From: Nitrososphaeria archaeon
Lineage (GTDB): Archaea; Thermoproteota; Nitrososphaeria; Conexivisphaerales; UBA164
Reading direction: 5' to 3'
Length of the DNA: 50,839 nt
Assembly (NCBI GenBank): GCA_046536595.1
Contig: JAWDMM010000005.1
Span: forward strand, 1-50,839
The position numbers and the translations under genes are program-made. The first letter of the stretch is position 1, and each line of letters opens with the position of its first letter. The notes below the pieces were generated by a model. The model was not told the DNA's origin. It saw nothing but the letters and a program-made list of their open reading frames with translations, and ran no database searches. Of this stretch, positions 1 through 10,378 are shown piece after piece.

Positions 1-716
1 TTCAAGCTTTCTGCTAGTTTTCAAGCCATGCCTTGAAAGCCTCTTTTCTTCTATTGAAATGCTCTTTGTTATCTTCTTGAATTCTGAAAGCACTGAACCT
101 CCTTTAAAGAGCGTCCATGAGCCGTCTTGCACAGCTACAGTTGCAAGGTTTACAATCCCAAGATCGATCCCCGCTTTTATTTTGCCTTTTGGTTTATTAT
201 TTACTTTAACAACCATAGGAATCCTTGCGTACCACTTTCTTCTCGCGCTATCATAAAATATCTCAAGAGTTCCTTGCTTGCCTACCCACTTAAGCTTGCC
301 AATGAACTTGAGCCTCAGGTTGAAATCCATCAGGAATATTTCATTTCTTTCAATTTTGTACCTGTCATGTCTAATCAACAAAAACAAATCTTCTTTCTTT
401 TTATGTGGAGGCTTTGGTTTCATCCACTTAGGCAATTCTCCTTCTTTCTTCTTTTTGCTTAGCTCGAAAAAAGATTTCCATGCAGAAGCGTTCTTTCGCG
501 TTACTTGCTGAACGTTTGCCCCGTGCAATACAGCCTTATATTTTTCATAAACGATTTTTTCTGTTTTATTAAAATCTACAGGCTCGTGCTTTTTATATTG
601 CTCAAGCCTCAACTTATTAACCTCGTTCCAGCAGTTAACGAATGCCTTTCCGAGAGCCGTTAGCTTAGCTTTTGTTTCTTTCCTGCAATGATGCGTACTG
701 TGTTTGATCGTCGCAT
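1..716 (-). pseudogene. tnpB: IS200/IS605-family TnpB (RNA-guided nuclease), runs off the window; one frameshift near codon 12-13
   Basis: Manual translation: MRRSNTVRIIAG then, in the -1 frame, KETKAKLTALGKAFVNCWNEVN...KWVGKQGTLEIFYD...KWYARIPM...KAGIDLGIVNLATV (RuvC-I Asp intact), open to position 1. The ATG-716 frame stops at 662-660. Confidence 0.85.
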
Positions 717-844
717 ACTTTCTGTTACGTTATGCTAATTAAAGTATATAAATACTTTAGCCTTTTTCATGAGAAAACACGTTAGCAAGGACGGAATAGT
801 TCAGCATCCCAGCCTCTAGAAGAGGCAAGGCTTTCGTTCTTATT
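717..844 (-). mobile_element. Left end of the tnpB element: subterminal hairpin plus tnpB promoter
   Basis: Minus strand reads TTAC|aataagaacg-AAAG-ccttGCCTCT tct AGAGGC, an IS608-like target/guide/hairpin layout. TATA-like TTTATATA at 752-745. Confidence 0.6.
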
Positions 845-985
845 GTAATTTTTTACAAGAGCTGAAAGATTCGCCATTTACAGATAACCAAAACTTTTGC
901 CTGATTTTATGATAAATTTATCATTTTACCAGTTTTATAAACCGTTGATCTTTGTTTTTTATGACGTGAGCTGGTCAACTTATAG

Positions 986-1148
986 CTAGGGTGCCTGAGC
1001 CGGCTCATGAAGGCAACTGGCTTGTTAATTCAAAGTATTGCAGGACCACTTTCATATCTAGCGTTTCTGGCAGAGTAGCACCCATTAAAAGGGGAGCAAC
1101 CCTCGAGACCTAGGGAATCATCGCTCCTTCAGGTGGAGATGAAACCAG
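986..1148 (+). mobile_element. Degenerate IS605/TnpB right-end (omega-RNA-like) remnant, tentative
   Basis: GC-richer island ending agggaatcatcgctccttcaggtggagatgaaaccag, resembling the right end at 37221-37374 and the archaeal RE pattern gggaaccctcgcccttcagggcggagaggaggtcag. Confidence 0.35.
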
Positions 1149-1192
1149 TATACAGACAATTTTATCAATCTGTTCTTCTAATAAAGAATTTT

Positions 1193-1774
1193 ATGGAGTT
1201 TAGCAGCTTAAAAGCAAAGTTCGGGAAAAAGCTAGAAGAAGCTAAAAAGAAAGGCCTCGTCGACGAACCTATTATACCCTTACTAGAACTAGTAAATTCT
1301 TACAGCGAATTTTTCAGTACTTCTTCATGTGCTGGAAGGATTATCCTGATAGCTATTCATCCATCATGGAAAAAGAACGTTTCAAAAATATTCTTCAAAT
1401 CTCATTATCAGGTTAATACAGAGGAAGTTTGGACAGCGCTTTTAGACGGCGCTCAAAGGTTTAAATATCCTATATATTTCAAACAAGAACCTTTTATTTT
1501 GCATATTTCAGCATCAAACGTACAGAGCGCTCTAAAAATGCTTTCTATAGCTCAGATTTCAGGAATTAAACATTCTGGCATAGTTAATATTTCAAAAAAT
1601 CGAGTTACTTTAGAATTACAAAGTATAGAAAGAGTAGATGCAATAGTATCAAATGAAGGAAAAATATTGATAGATATAAAATATTTATCAGAGCTTGTAA
1701 GGGATGCAAATTTAAAGCTAACAATCACAAGAGAAAAAATGCAGCGCCTGTTTGATAATTTAAAAAAGCTCTAG
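1193..1774 (+). CDS. taw3: tRNA wybutosine/wyosine methyltransferase Taw3/TYW3
   Basis: VDEPI...STSSCAGRI, EPFILH motifs; ATG 1193 preferred over GTG 1133, which lies in the upstream remnant. Confidence 0.9.
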   Translation: MEFSSLKAKFGKKLEEAKKKGLVDEPIIPLLELVNSYSEFFSTSSCAGRIILIAIHPSWKKNVSKIFFKSHYQVNTEEVWTALLDGAQRFKYPIYFKQEPFILHISASNVQSALKMLSIAQISGIKHSGIVNISKNRVTLELQSIERVDAIVSNEGKILIDIKYLSELVRDANLKLTITREKMQRLFDNLKKL

Positions 1775-1846
1775 TATAAAGAAGTTTAAATTTTGCTTCA
1801 CGCGCTTTATTTTTCGCTATAAATATAAATAAACATAAGATTAAAA

Positions 1847-3181
1847 ATGTTTATGCTTTCAATCACAATAAATACACAAACTCCTCCAATAAAACTAAAT
1901 CTTACGTACCAGCAACTCATAGAAAAATATGGCAACGTGGAAATTCCGGTTAATTTAGAGCAGTTAGAAGAAAGCGATTATCAGATTTCCGTAGGAGGTG
2001 TTTCTAGAATGCTTGTTCAATTTACGAACTATTTTAATCTCTTACCAACTTGGGTTTCTTTGGGACCCGGTTACCCTGAAACAGCAGTTTATAAAAACAT
2101 AAAGATAAGGTATGTGGATCTTGACCCAGAAAATCTGAAGAAATTTACAAGGTTTAAGGAAGGGTTTTACAATCAAATTCATAAAGTTTCAGAATATAAT
2201 TTTAATGCACAGGATTACCTCTCTTATACTATATATAACTGGAAATCTGCAGAAGCTCTTATTAAAGAATTTGAAAATACTGATGTTTATTTTATAAATG
2301 ATTTTCAGCAATTACAGGTTGGAGGAATAATAGGTCCTTCGGCTCCTGCTATTTTCTGGTATCATATACCTTTGGTACCTGAAAACATTAATCAGCAGCT
2401 AAGAACTTTCTTAAGAAAATCATTTGATGGGTTTGATGAAGTTATTCTAAGCACCAAAAGAGATTTGGAGGGGTATATAAGACTTGGAGCCGGCGTGACG
2501 GCAAAGCAGGTTTATCCTTTTATAGATCATAATTCTCTTAAGGAACCTCGAGAGTCTGATATAGGAAGGGTTCTGGACAAACTAAACCTAAAACAGGATG
2601 AAAAGAAAATTTTAGTTGTTGGTAGGATGGATCCCATAAAAAGTCAAGATTTGGCAATAAGTGCTATTAAGAACGTTGAAGCAAAACTAATTTTGGTAGG
2701 CGATGGTAGCTTTACAGGTTCAACTTTAGCCCGTGGTAAATCATCAGGCTGGCGCGAATATCTTAATAGGAAAGCAAAAGAAGAAGGTGTTGAAGATAAA
2801 GTTATATTTGCAGGTTATTTGAATGAAAAAGAACTGTTCGCTATCTATAAAGCTAGCGATGTAGTAGTTTTACCTTCGAAGTTAGAAGGATTTGGGCTAA
2901 CCGTATGTGAGGGATGGAGATACAGGAAACCCGTAGTTGTAAGTACTGGTGCTGGAGTTTCAGAGTTAATCTTAGACGGGGTAAACGGTTATAAATTTGA
3001 CGCAGGAGATGTATTGAGCCTTTCTGATGCTATTAAAAAGGCTCTTTCTGCAAAAAAAGAAATTGGCGAACTTGGATTTGAGACAATGCTACAATGGTGC
3101 AGTTTAAAGGCTAGTAGTGAAAGATTAATGGAAATAATTGAGGATGCTTACAAAATATATCAAAAGGCTCCTAAACCATAA
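1847..3181 (+). CDS. GT4 glycosyltransferase, TreT/trehalose-synthase-like
   Basis: GGVSRM, INDFQ, WYHIP, GRMDPIK, EGFGLTVCEG motifs; next to a GH15 gene. Confidence 0.75.
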   Translation: MFMLSITINTQTPPIKLNLTYQQLIEKYGNVEIPVNLEQLEESDYQISVGGVSRMLVQFTNYFNLLPTWVSLGPGYPETAVYKNIKIRYVDLDPENLKKFTRFKEGFYNQIHKVSEYNFNAQDYLSYTIYNWKSAEALIKEFENTDVYFINDFQQLQVGGIIGPSAPAIFWYHIPLVPENINQQLRTFLRKSFDGFDEVILSTKRDLEGYIRLGAGVTAKQVYPFIDHNSLKEPRESDIGRVLDKLNLKQDEKKILVVGRMDPIKSQDLAISAIKNVEAKLILVGDGSFTGSTLARGKSSGWREYLNRKAKEEGVEDKVIFAGYLNEKELFAIYKASDVVVLPSKLEGFGLTVCEGWRYRKPVVVSTGAGVSELILDGVNGYKFDAGDVLSLSDAIKKALSAKKEIGELGFETMLQWCSLKASSERLMEIIEDAYKIYQKAPKP

Positions 3182-3201
3182 AAATTAAAATTTTACAAAA
3201 C

Positions 3202-3530
3202 CCAATAAAGGTTGATAGGGGCGAAAGTCCACTTCAGCAAGCTGTAAACAGCCTCCTTATAGAAATTTTTAAGCCTTCTGCACATTATCTTTGCAGACAT
3301 ATGATGCCAATAAAGTCTCGCAGACCTCTATCTGGGGAATCCGCAATGTCTAGAATAAGGCCAGCACTTCAATCGAGCCAAATCAGCAATAGCGGAGCTC
3401 TGTCTGTGGAACGCAAGCTAGACGCCCGGGGATGATCGTGCCAATATGGTGAAATACTTTGCAAACATTTCTCATGTGAAAGCGTAGCTGTGAACATGAA
3501 AGCCATGACCTTGCGGCCAGGGTTGTTCAC
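3202..3530 (+). mobile_element. Non-coding IS200/IS605-like mini-element, copy A (LE + promoter + omega-RNA-like + RE); left boundary approximate
   Basis: Aligns by eye with 12289-12615, 28628-28956 and 46673-47003; ends in a hairpin + GTTCAC. Confidence 0.8.
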
Positions 3531-3583
3531 TCAAAGTCATGCAAGAATCTATATAAACTACGATTACAGTATTGGTTTTTATA

Positions 3584-5344
3584 ATGATCGATCATGCATT
3601 TTTGAGCAATGGTTATGGTTCTGCGCTTATTTCAAAAGATCTAAATGTTGATTGGCTTGCTGTACCGCGGTTCGACTCTTCACCTCTTTTTTGCAATCTG
3701 CTCGATGAAAGCAAAGGCTGCACATCAACTATAAAATTTGACACTGAGGTAGCTTTTGAAAGAAGCTACATAAACGATTCTATTTTGCTAAGAACCAATG
3801 TAATAAAAAACAAAGAAAAAATAGCTTCTGTAATCGACTTTATGCCCTTGGCTGAAAGCGCTCTAATGAGGATTATAAGTTCAAATGATTCATTTGAAGT
3901 TTATGTTAAACCATCTTTTAACTATTGTATGATTGTGCCAGCTGTTTACAAAGAAGCTCAAGGAGCTATTTTTAAAGATCCTAACGGAAAACAGGCATTA
4001 GAGTTTAAGTACGTTTGGAATTCTAAAGTTGAAGAAAAAACAAGCTATTCATGGAAGTTTTATCCAGGAAAAGGTTATCTGTTATTTCTTTACTCAGCCG
4101 ATGTAGGTTATGGGCTTTTTAGCAAGAAGAGCAAAGTCTATTCGATTCCATCAGAGGCAATGCCAGCTGCTGTAAGCTATTGGAAATCTTTACTTGGAAA
4201 TACAAACATCAATCCCCCAGCTTGGGCAACCCGTGTTTTTTATTCATCTATTTTAGTTATTTTGGGTTTAATGTACAAACCATCAGGAGCGCTGATATCT
4301 TCTCCCACAACTTCTCTTCCTGAAATAATCGGAAGTGTCCGCAATTGGGATTACAGATATGCTTGGGTAAGGGATTCGAGCTTGGCCGCAGAAACATTAA
4401 TCAAGATAGGATATGTGATAAAGGGAAGGGAGATACTTAACTTTCTGATAAACGTTTTAGATCCTTCTATGAAGCCTTTTAATCATACGCTTTTTACTGT
4501 AGATGGTGGGCCACCGCCATCTGAATACACAGCAGACTGGCTTAGCGGATATAATAATTCAAGACCGGTAAGAATAGGAAACGCTGCCCATCTTCAGATA
4601 CAGCTAGATATTGAAGGTGAATTTATGAACGCTTTATCAACCTATTATAAATTTACTAAAGATAAAATCTATTTAAAAAACGTATGGTGGGCAGTAAAAT
4701 CTATATCAAAATACATAATAAAAAACTATAATAAAAGGGATTCAGGTATATGGGAAGAAAGAGATCTTCCAAAACACTACACACACAGTAAAGTTAATAT
4801 GTGGAACGCTTTGGTTAAAGCGGCAGAGCTTGCAAAAGAACTTAACAGAAGCACCGAGGCCGATGAGTGGAAGCTTAAAGCAGATCAAATAAAAGATTAT
4901 ATATTGAAAAATGCTTGGAACGAAGATGTTGGCTCATTTGTAAGATTTTTTGGATCTAAGGATATAGATGCCAGCCTTCTGGTTATGCCTATTTACGGTT
5001 TAATTGGAATTGATGATGACAGGTTTTTACAAACGTTCAAGAAGATTGAAAAAGAACTGGTTAAGGATCATTTAGTTTTTAGATACAAGAAAGACTTTCT
5101 TGGAAGCGTCGAATATCCTTTTGGATTGGCTAGCTACTGGATCGCTAAAATCAAGCTCATGCAAGGCGATTATAAAGAGGCAGAGAAATATATTAGAAAA
5201 TTAGTTTACTGCGCTAACGATCTAGGTCTCTTGGGTGAGCATATAGATCCAGTGAAATGTGAACCAAGAGGCAATTATCCGCATGTCTTTTCGCATATAG
5301 CTGTTTTGATGGGAATATACGAGCTTTCATCAGAAAGAAAATAA
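3584..5344 (+). CDS. Glycoside hydrolase family 15 (trehalase/glucoamylase-like)
   Basis: PTTSLPE, RNWDYRYAWVRD, GIWEER, GNYPHVFSH motifs. Confidence 0.9.
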   Translation: MIDHAFLSNGYGSALISKDLNVDWLAVPRFDSSPLFCNLLDESKGCTSTIKFDTEVAFERSYINDSILLRTNVIKNKEKIASVIDFMPLAESALMRIISSNDSFEVYVKPSFNYCMIVPAVYKEAQGAIFKDPNGKQALEFKYVWNSKVEEKTSYSWKFYPGKGYLLFLYSADVGYGLFSKKSKVYSIPSEAMPAAVSYWKSLLGNTNINPPAWATRVFYSSILVILGLMYKPSGALISSPTTSLPEIIGSVRNWDYRYAWVRDSSLAAETLIKIGYVIKGREILNFLINVLDPSMKPFNHTLFTVDGGPPPSEYTADWLSGYNNSRPVRIGNAAHLQIQLDIEGEFMNALSTYYKFTKDKIYLKNVWWAVKSISKYIIKNYNKRDSGIWEERDLPKHYTHSKVNMWNALVKAAELAKELNRSTEADEWKLKADQIKDYILKNAWNEDVGSFVRFFGSKDIDASLLVMPIYGLIGIDDDRFLQTFKKIEKELVKDHLVFRYKKDFLGSVEYPFGLASYWIAKIKLMQGDYKEAEKYIRKLVYCANDLGLLGEHIDPVKCEPRGNYPHVFSHIAVLMGIYELSSERK

Positions 5345-5383
5345 ATCAAAACATTTATTAAAAATTGAATAGTTTGTTTGTTT

Positions 5384-5935
5384 ATGAAGTTTTTAGGAAT
5401 TTCTGGTACTCCTAAGCTTGATTCTCTGAACAGCATGCTACTCTATAATGCTTTTGAACTTCTTAATAGGGAGCATCAATGGGAAGTAGTTTCTGTAGCT
5501 AACATTCCAATTTTTGAACAAACAGAAGAAGCAGATTCAGTGCAAAAACTAAGAAAAAAAGTTAAAGAATCGGACATTGTTGTTATATCCACACCGGAAC
5601 ACAACCACAGTTATTCTGCTTCTTTAAAAAACGCTATAGATTGGTTATCTGTACCGTTGGATGAAAATCCTTTTCGTTGGAAGGTTGTAGCTACGATGTC
5701 AGCTACCACAGGATCATTAGGTGGACCTAGAGCTCAGGAACATCTCTGGGTTGTCCTTAAATCGTTGGGGGCAATTTTAGTGCCCGGCCCTGAAGTATTT
5801 TTAGTTAATGCAGACAAAAAGTTTATTGAAGGAAAGTTAACAGATGAAATTGCAAAAAAATTCATTACAGAACTTTTGAATAACTCTATAATTCTTGCTA
5901 ATGCCATCAAATGTGGCTTAAATCAAAAATCTTGA
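5384..5935 (+). CDS. NAD(P)H-dependent FMN reductase (ChrR-like)
   Basis: TPEHNHSYSASLKNAIDWLS, GGPRAQ. Confidence 0.9.
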   Translation: MKFLGISGTPKLDSLNSMLLYNAFELLNREHQWEVVSVANIPIFEQTEEADSVQKLRKKVKESDIVVISTPEHNHSYSASLKNAIDWLSVPLDENPFRWKVVATMSATTGSLGGPRAQEHLWVVLKSLGAILVPGPEVFLVNADKKFIEGKLTDEIAKKFITELLNNSIILANAIKCGLNQKS

Positions 5936-6080
5936 ACTACTTTTATTTTAAAGTATTTTACGCAAAAATAAAATTAATCTTTTAAATTGTAAAGATTTTT
6001 TACAATTCCTGTAAATATCGTTTGTTCTTTAAACCTAAACAGTTCAAAATTTTTATATTATGGTTTTTTAATTTTTTATC

Positions 6081-7307
6081 GTGGAGGAAAGGTCACCGTT
6101 AAAGATAGCAGCAACAAGAGGTTATGTCACGCTTATAAAAGGGCATCCTGGTACAGGTAAAACTCTTTTTTCTTTATCTGCCGGTGCCTATTTTGGAAAG
6201 ATAAAATACATATCTTATTCAGAACCAGAAAGTTATATAAAAGAAAAGCTAAAAAATACGACTAATAAAAATGTTGAGCTTAAATTCTTAAACGTGATGG
6301 GTAATGCCGAAGTAGTTATTTCTGAAATCTTGGACGGTCTTAAATCGGGGTACTTAGTCATAATAGATTCTATCAATGGAATGCTAGAAAACTTTAAAGA
6401 AAAAAGGCCCATAGAACAGATCCTTTATGGTTCTTCTAAAACCAAAAATGGCGCTATTATGATGATATATGAAGGTGAATCTGAAAGCGAAGCCGATTAC
6501 ATTTCAGATGCAATTTTAAACTTTGGATATACAGAAATAAAAGGAAGAAAAATAAGGAGCATTAAAGTAATAAAAGATAGAAACTTTCCTGTCAGAGAAG
6601 CGCCTTTTCTTTTTACAATAGTAAACAATAAAATCAAAATTTTAAATAGATCATTGAAATTTAAATTGGACAACCTTAATGCTATTAAAAGGGTGGATAT
6701 GCCCGAATCTCCCTATAAGATGCTTGAAGAATCAGATATTCTTGTAAAAGTTTCTAAAGAAGTCCATAACGACCTGATAAGGCTCATGAAAGTATTTTTT
6801 GCGACGTTTTTCAAGAAAAAAGGTATGAAAGTGTTATTAGAGCTTTCTGATGAAGAAAAAGAAGATTATGTTAAATACACTATTGTAACCCTGGCTGGAG
6901 AAAATTTTATTCCTATTTTGTTAAAAAAACCTTATTTAAAAAGCTATGAAGAAGCTAAAAACTACCTAACACAGCTCGAAAAATATCTGGCCAATCAAGA
7001 TTTAGGGGTGTTAATATCCGATACTTTATCGGAAGAGGGTTTAGCAAGTTCAGAAGCCTCATTGTATAGCAAATTTTTACAAGAAAAGAACTGGATTCTT
7101 AAGAAACATTTAATAAAAAAACTGACATTCTCTTATGAAAATCACGTTTCAACGGCATTTCAGGAAAAGTACTCTGACGCTATAAAGAGTTTGACGGATT
7201 TTTATGGAACTCTGGTATGGATTTCTGAAAAGCCATTGGGCAACGCTTACGCTATAGAAGTAAACAACACACGAGGAATTGTTTTAAAAAATCATAAACT
7301 TGTATGA
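6081..7307 (+). CDS. KaiC/RAD55/GvpD-like RecA-fold ATPase
   Basis: Walker A GHPGTGKT, Walker B VIIDS, DYISD...R.I.VIKDR; degenerate second domain. Confidence 0.7.
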   Translation: MEERSPLKIAATRGYVTLIKGHPGTGKTLFSLSAGAYFGKIKYISYSEPESYIKEKLKNTTNKNVELKFLNVMGNAEVVISEILDGLKSGYLVIIDSINGMLENFKEKRPIEQILYGSSKTKNGAIMMIYEGESESEADYISDAILNFGYTEIKGRKIRSIKVIKDRNFPVREAPFLFTIVNNKIKILNRSLKFKLDNLNAIKRVDMPESPYKMLEESDILVKVSKEVHNDLIRLMKVFFATFFKKKGMKVLLELSDEEKEDYVKYTIVTLAGENFIPILLKKPYLKSYEEAKNYLTQLEKYLANQDLGVLISDTLSEEGLASSEASLYSKFLQEKNWILKKHLIKKLTFSYENHVSTAFQEKYSDAIKSLTDFYGTLVWISEKPLGNAYAIEVNNTRGIVLKNHKLV

Positions 7308-8421
7308 TGCTTTGAACAGAAGGATAAAAGTTCTTTCTTTGCTTTTTTTTCTCTCGTTTCTATCCCAGATGCCCCTTTCATTAATAAGGTTCTACGCTCC
7401 GATTTTTGCTTTAAAAATTGGGGCTACAGGTCTTATACTCGGCCTGATGGGATTTTCTTATGGGGCAGTGTATATATTTTCAGCATATATAATCGGCAAA
7501 AGATCTGAAAGTATAGGTTATACAAGTTCTTTAGAACTCGGTCTAATTTTTTATGCGTTAATAATTTTACTGTATATATTTATTAAGATTCCTTATTTGC
7601 TGATACTGATAAGAGCATTAGAGGCGCTGTCTATGGGTTTTGTTTGGCCTTCTTTAGAAGCATCGTCAAAATTTTTTGATAATAAAAAAGCATCTACAGC
7701 AGTGTATACAATAGGCTGGTCTTTTGCTTCTACAATAGCGCCATATTTAGCTTCATCATTTACTTCAATTTTTGTTTTACCTTTTATAATAGCATCGACT
7801 TTTTCCCTAGCTGGAGGAATTTTAGCTTCATATTTCCAACCTCTAAAGTATGAAGAAACAAAAGTTTTATCAAAAATAGATTTAAGTAAAGAAATTATAT
7901 TTCCAATTTTCTTTTATGGTTTTTCGGTTTCAATCATTTATGCGTTTTATTCAGCATTTGCCGAAACTGCGTTTGGTATAAAGGGTTCAGGAATAATAAT
8001 GTCAATTTCAAGCATTTTTATAGTAATAGCTTTCCTCTCAGCCCCTTTGTTTAAGGATGACCCAAAATTTGGAATAACATTAGGACTGGGGCTTCAGGTC
8101 TTTTATGTGGTTCTTTTTGTCTATAAAGAGTTTTTTCTGCAGCTTGTTTCACTTTCTTTAATTTTTTACGGTGCCGGGATTCTATATTTTTATGTTCTTT
8201 ATAAAATTATGCTTACAGAAACCAAAGGTCTTGGCATAAGAACAGGAATGTTTGAATCAAGCATAGGTGCTGGATATACTTTGGGGCCTTTAATATGCGG
8301 CCTTGCTTCTTTGCATGGATTAGATTATGTATGGCTAGTAGCCTTTATTTCAGCTATAGTTTTTTTCATTTTTTGGATTATAATGGAATTATTACCGTCA
8401 AAACGCACTTATAAGCAATAA
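7300..8421 (+). CDS. MFS transporter
   Basis: ~12 hydrophobic segments, IIGKRSESIG loop, G...GP motif. Confidence 0.85.
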   Translation: MYDALNRRIKVLSLLFFLSFLSQMPLSLIRFYAPIFALKIGATGLILGLMGFSYGAVYIFSAYIIGKRSESIGYTSSLELGLIFYALIILLYIFIKIPYLLILIRALEALSMGFVWPSLEASSKFFDNKKASTAVYTIGWSFASTIAPYLASSFTSIFVLPFIIASTFSLAGGILASYFQPLKYEETKVLSKIDLSKEIIFPIFFYGFSVSIIYAFYSAFAETAFGIKGSGIIMSISSIFIVIAFLSAPLFKDDPKFGITLGLGLQVFYVVLFVYKEFFLQLVSLSLIFYGAGILYFYVLYKIMLTETKGLGIRTGMFESSIGAGYTLGPLICGLASLHGLDYVWLVAFISAIVFFIFWIIMELLPSKRTYKQ

Positions 8422-8526
8422 AAAATAATTGAATGATAAAAAATAAAAAATGTTAGGAATGACTGTATTCAGGACAAGTATGTAAAAAATTTATAATCTG
8501 GTCAAGTTAAATTTTTCCGTTGGTAA

Positions 8527-9906
8527 ATGTTACTCAGTGATACTTTAAGCAGAAATTATATAAAATTAGATCCAGAAAGGGATAAAGAAGTTAAAATTTA
8601 TGTATGTGGGGTTACTGTTTACGACTACAGTCACGTAGGTCACGCTCGAGTTTTTATAGTCTTTGATGTATTAAGGAGATTACTGCAAAAGAAAGGATTT
8701 AAGGTAACTTATGTTCAGAATTTTACAGATATAGACGATAAAATCATAAATAGAGCCAAAGAATTGGGCACAAGTTATAAAGATGTTTCTGAAAGGTTTA
8801 TCAAATCATACCTAGAAGATTCTGATGCCTTAAACCTTCTGAGAGCAGACCTTTACCCAAGAGCAACAGAATACATCCGAGATATGGAAGAGTTTATAAA
8901 AGGACTGATCAATAAGGGTCACGCATATGTTTCTAGTGATGGAGTTTATTATGACGTTAATTCATTTAAAGACTACGGTAAACTTTCAAAGATAAAAAAA
9001 GAAGAACTTATAGCGGGAGCAAGGATAGAAGCCAACGAGAATAAAAAAAACCCTTTGGATTTTGCTTTGTGGAAAAAATATGATGAAGAACCATATTTTG
9101 AAACAGTATTTGGAAAGGGAAGACCGGGTTGGCATATAGAATGTTCCACCATGATTCGTAAAAACTTGGGCGAGACGATCGATATTCATGGTGGTGGAGA
9201 AGATCTAATTTTTCCACATCATGAGAACGAAATAGCTCAAAGTGAAGGATTAAGCGGTAAACCATTGGCTAAGATATGGATGCACGTTGGCTTAGTTAAG
9301 TTTGGAAAAGAAAAGATGAGTAAAAGTCTTCACAACGTTGTATATATAAGAGATTTTTTGAAAAAATATGGACCAAATACTTTGAGAGTTTTTTCGCTCA
9401 GTTCCCATTATAGGGCTCAGTTGGAATTCAATGAAGAAAAAATAAAAGAAGCTGTTGAAAGCTGGAAATCGATAGAAGACGCTGAATATAGCTTAATACA
9501 GACTTTCGACATAAGCTCTGAGGTGGATATAACTGATATAAAAAGAGAAGTAGAACTTGCATTTAAAGATCTAGAAAATGACTTGGACACGCCATCAGCT
9601 TTAAACCATATGTTAAGGGCGTCAAAGATCATAAACAAACTTTGGGCATCTTTAAAGATTTCAGCAGAAGTTTCATATAAGCTAAAGGCTTTTCAAGATC
9701 TTTTTGAGGTATTCGGGTTTAAACTCGCGGAAACTTCATCTAAAGATAGAGAAATGATACAAGAATTGATTATAAAAAGAAATAAATTAAGGCAAGAGAA
9801 AGATTTTAAAAATGCTGATGCTATAAGAAAAACTTTGTTAGATTATAAAGTGAAGCTTATCGATACGCCTTTAGGAACGTTTTGGAGAAAAGTTGAAGTT
9901 TTATGA
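8527..9906 (+). CDS. cysS: Cysteinyl-tRNA synthetase
   Basis: YVCGVTVYD..HVGH, GRPGWHIEC, KMSKS. Confidence 0.97.
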   Translation: MLLSDTLSRNYIKLDPERDKEVKIYVCGVTVYDYSHVGHARVFIVFDVLRRLLQKKGFKVTYVQNFTDIDDKIINRAKELGTSYKDVSERFIKSYLEDSDALNLLRADLYPRATEYIRDMEEFIKGLINKGHAYVSSDGVYYDVNSFKDYGKLSKIKKEELIAGARIEANENKKNPLDFALWKKYDEEPYFETVFGKGRPGWHIECSTMIRKNLGETIDIHGGGEDLIFPHHENEIAQSEGLSGKPLAKIWMHVGLVKFGKEKMSKSLHNVVYIRDFLKKYGPNTLRVFSLSSHYRAQLEFNEEKIKEAVESWKSIEDAEYSLIQTFDISSEVDITDIKREVELAFKDLENDLDTPSALNHMLRASKIINKLWASLKISAEVSYKLKAFQDLFEVFGFKLAETSSKDREMIQELIIKRNKLRQEKDFKNADAIRKTLLDYKVKLIDTPLGTFWRKVEVL

Positions 9907-10008
9907 AAAATTTTTAACGACAGTTCTTAAAAAGTAAGAATTTTAAAACAAAAAGTACAAAGTTTTTGACCCAATTTATTAAATATTTTTTAGCCAAAAA
10001 ATATTGCA

Positions 10009-10293
10009 ATGGACTTAAGGGAAAAAGGATGGGAACTATTAATTCAATCTTTACAAAAATACGGTGGAGATACAGTTAAACAGGTTATACTTTGGCATCT
10101 TGAACACGTTTTTTATATTAACCAATCAAACTATTTAGATAATCCTGAAAAGCTGGTCAGCGCTCTTTATTCAATATACGGAAACGCCTTCATGATAATT
10201 GAGAAAGACTTTTGCTATTCACTGAAAGGAATGGGAATTATGTGCGATACAGGAATTTTAAGCGCGTTAATGTCTTTAAAGTATAAACTGTAA
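10009..10293 (+). CDS. Small hypothetical protein (DUF3227-like)
   Basis: Pattern VILWHLE...NPEKLVSALYSIYG...IIEK recalled from archaeal DUF3227-type proteins. Confidence 0.5.
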   Translation: MDLREKGWELLIQSLQKYGGDTVKQVILWHLEHVFYINQSNYLDNPEKLVSALYSIYGNAFMIIEKDFCYSLKGMGIMCDTGILSALMSLKYKL

Positions 10294-10378
10294 TTAAACT
10301 TTTGTACAACAGTATATTTTATATGCAATAAAAGATACGCTTATATTTCCTCTATTGTATGGATTGTCGTGATATATA

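Noticed and set aside
59-511. Three short + strand ORFs
   Set aside because: Antisense shadows of tnpB.
986-1063. tRNA-like start (GCTAGGGTGCCTGAGC...) with a possible acceptor stem
   Set aside because: No TTC T-loop, no paired T or anticodon stem, no clear BHB intron.
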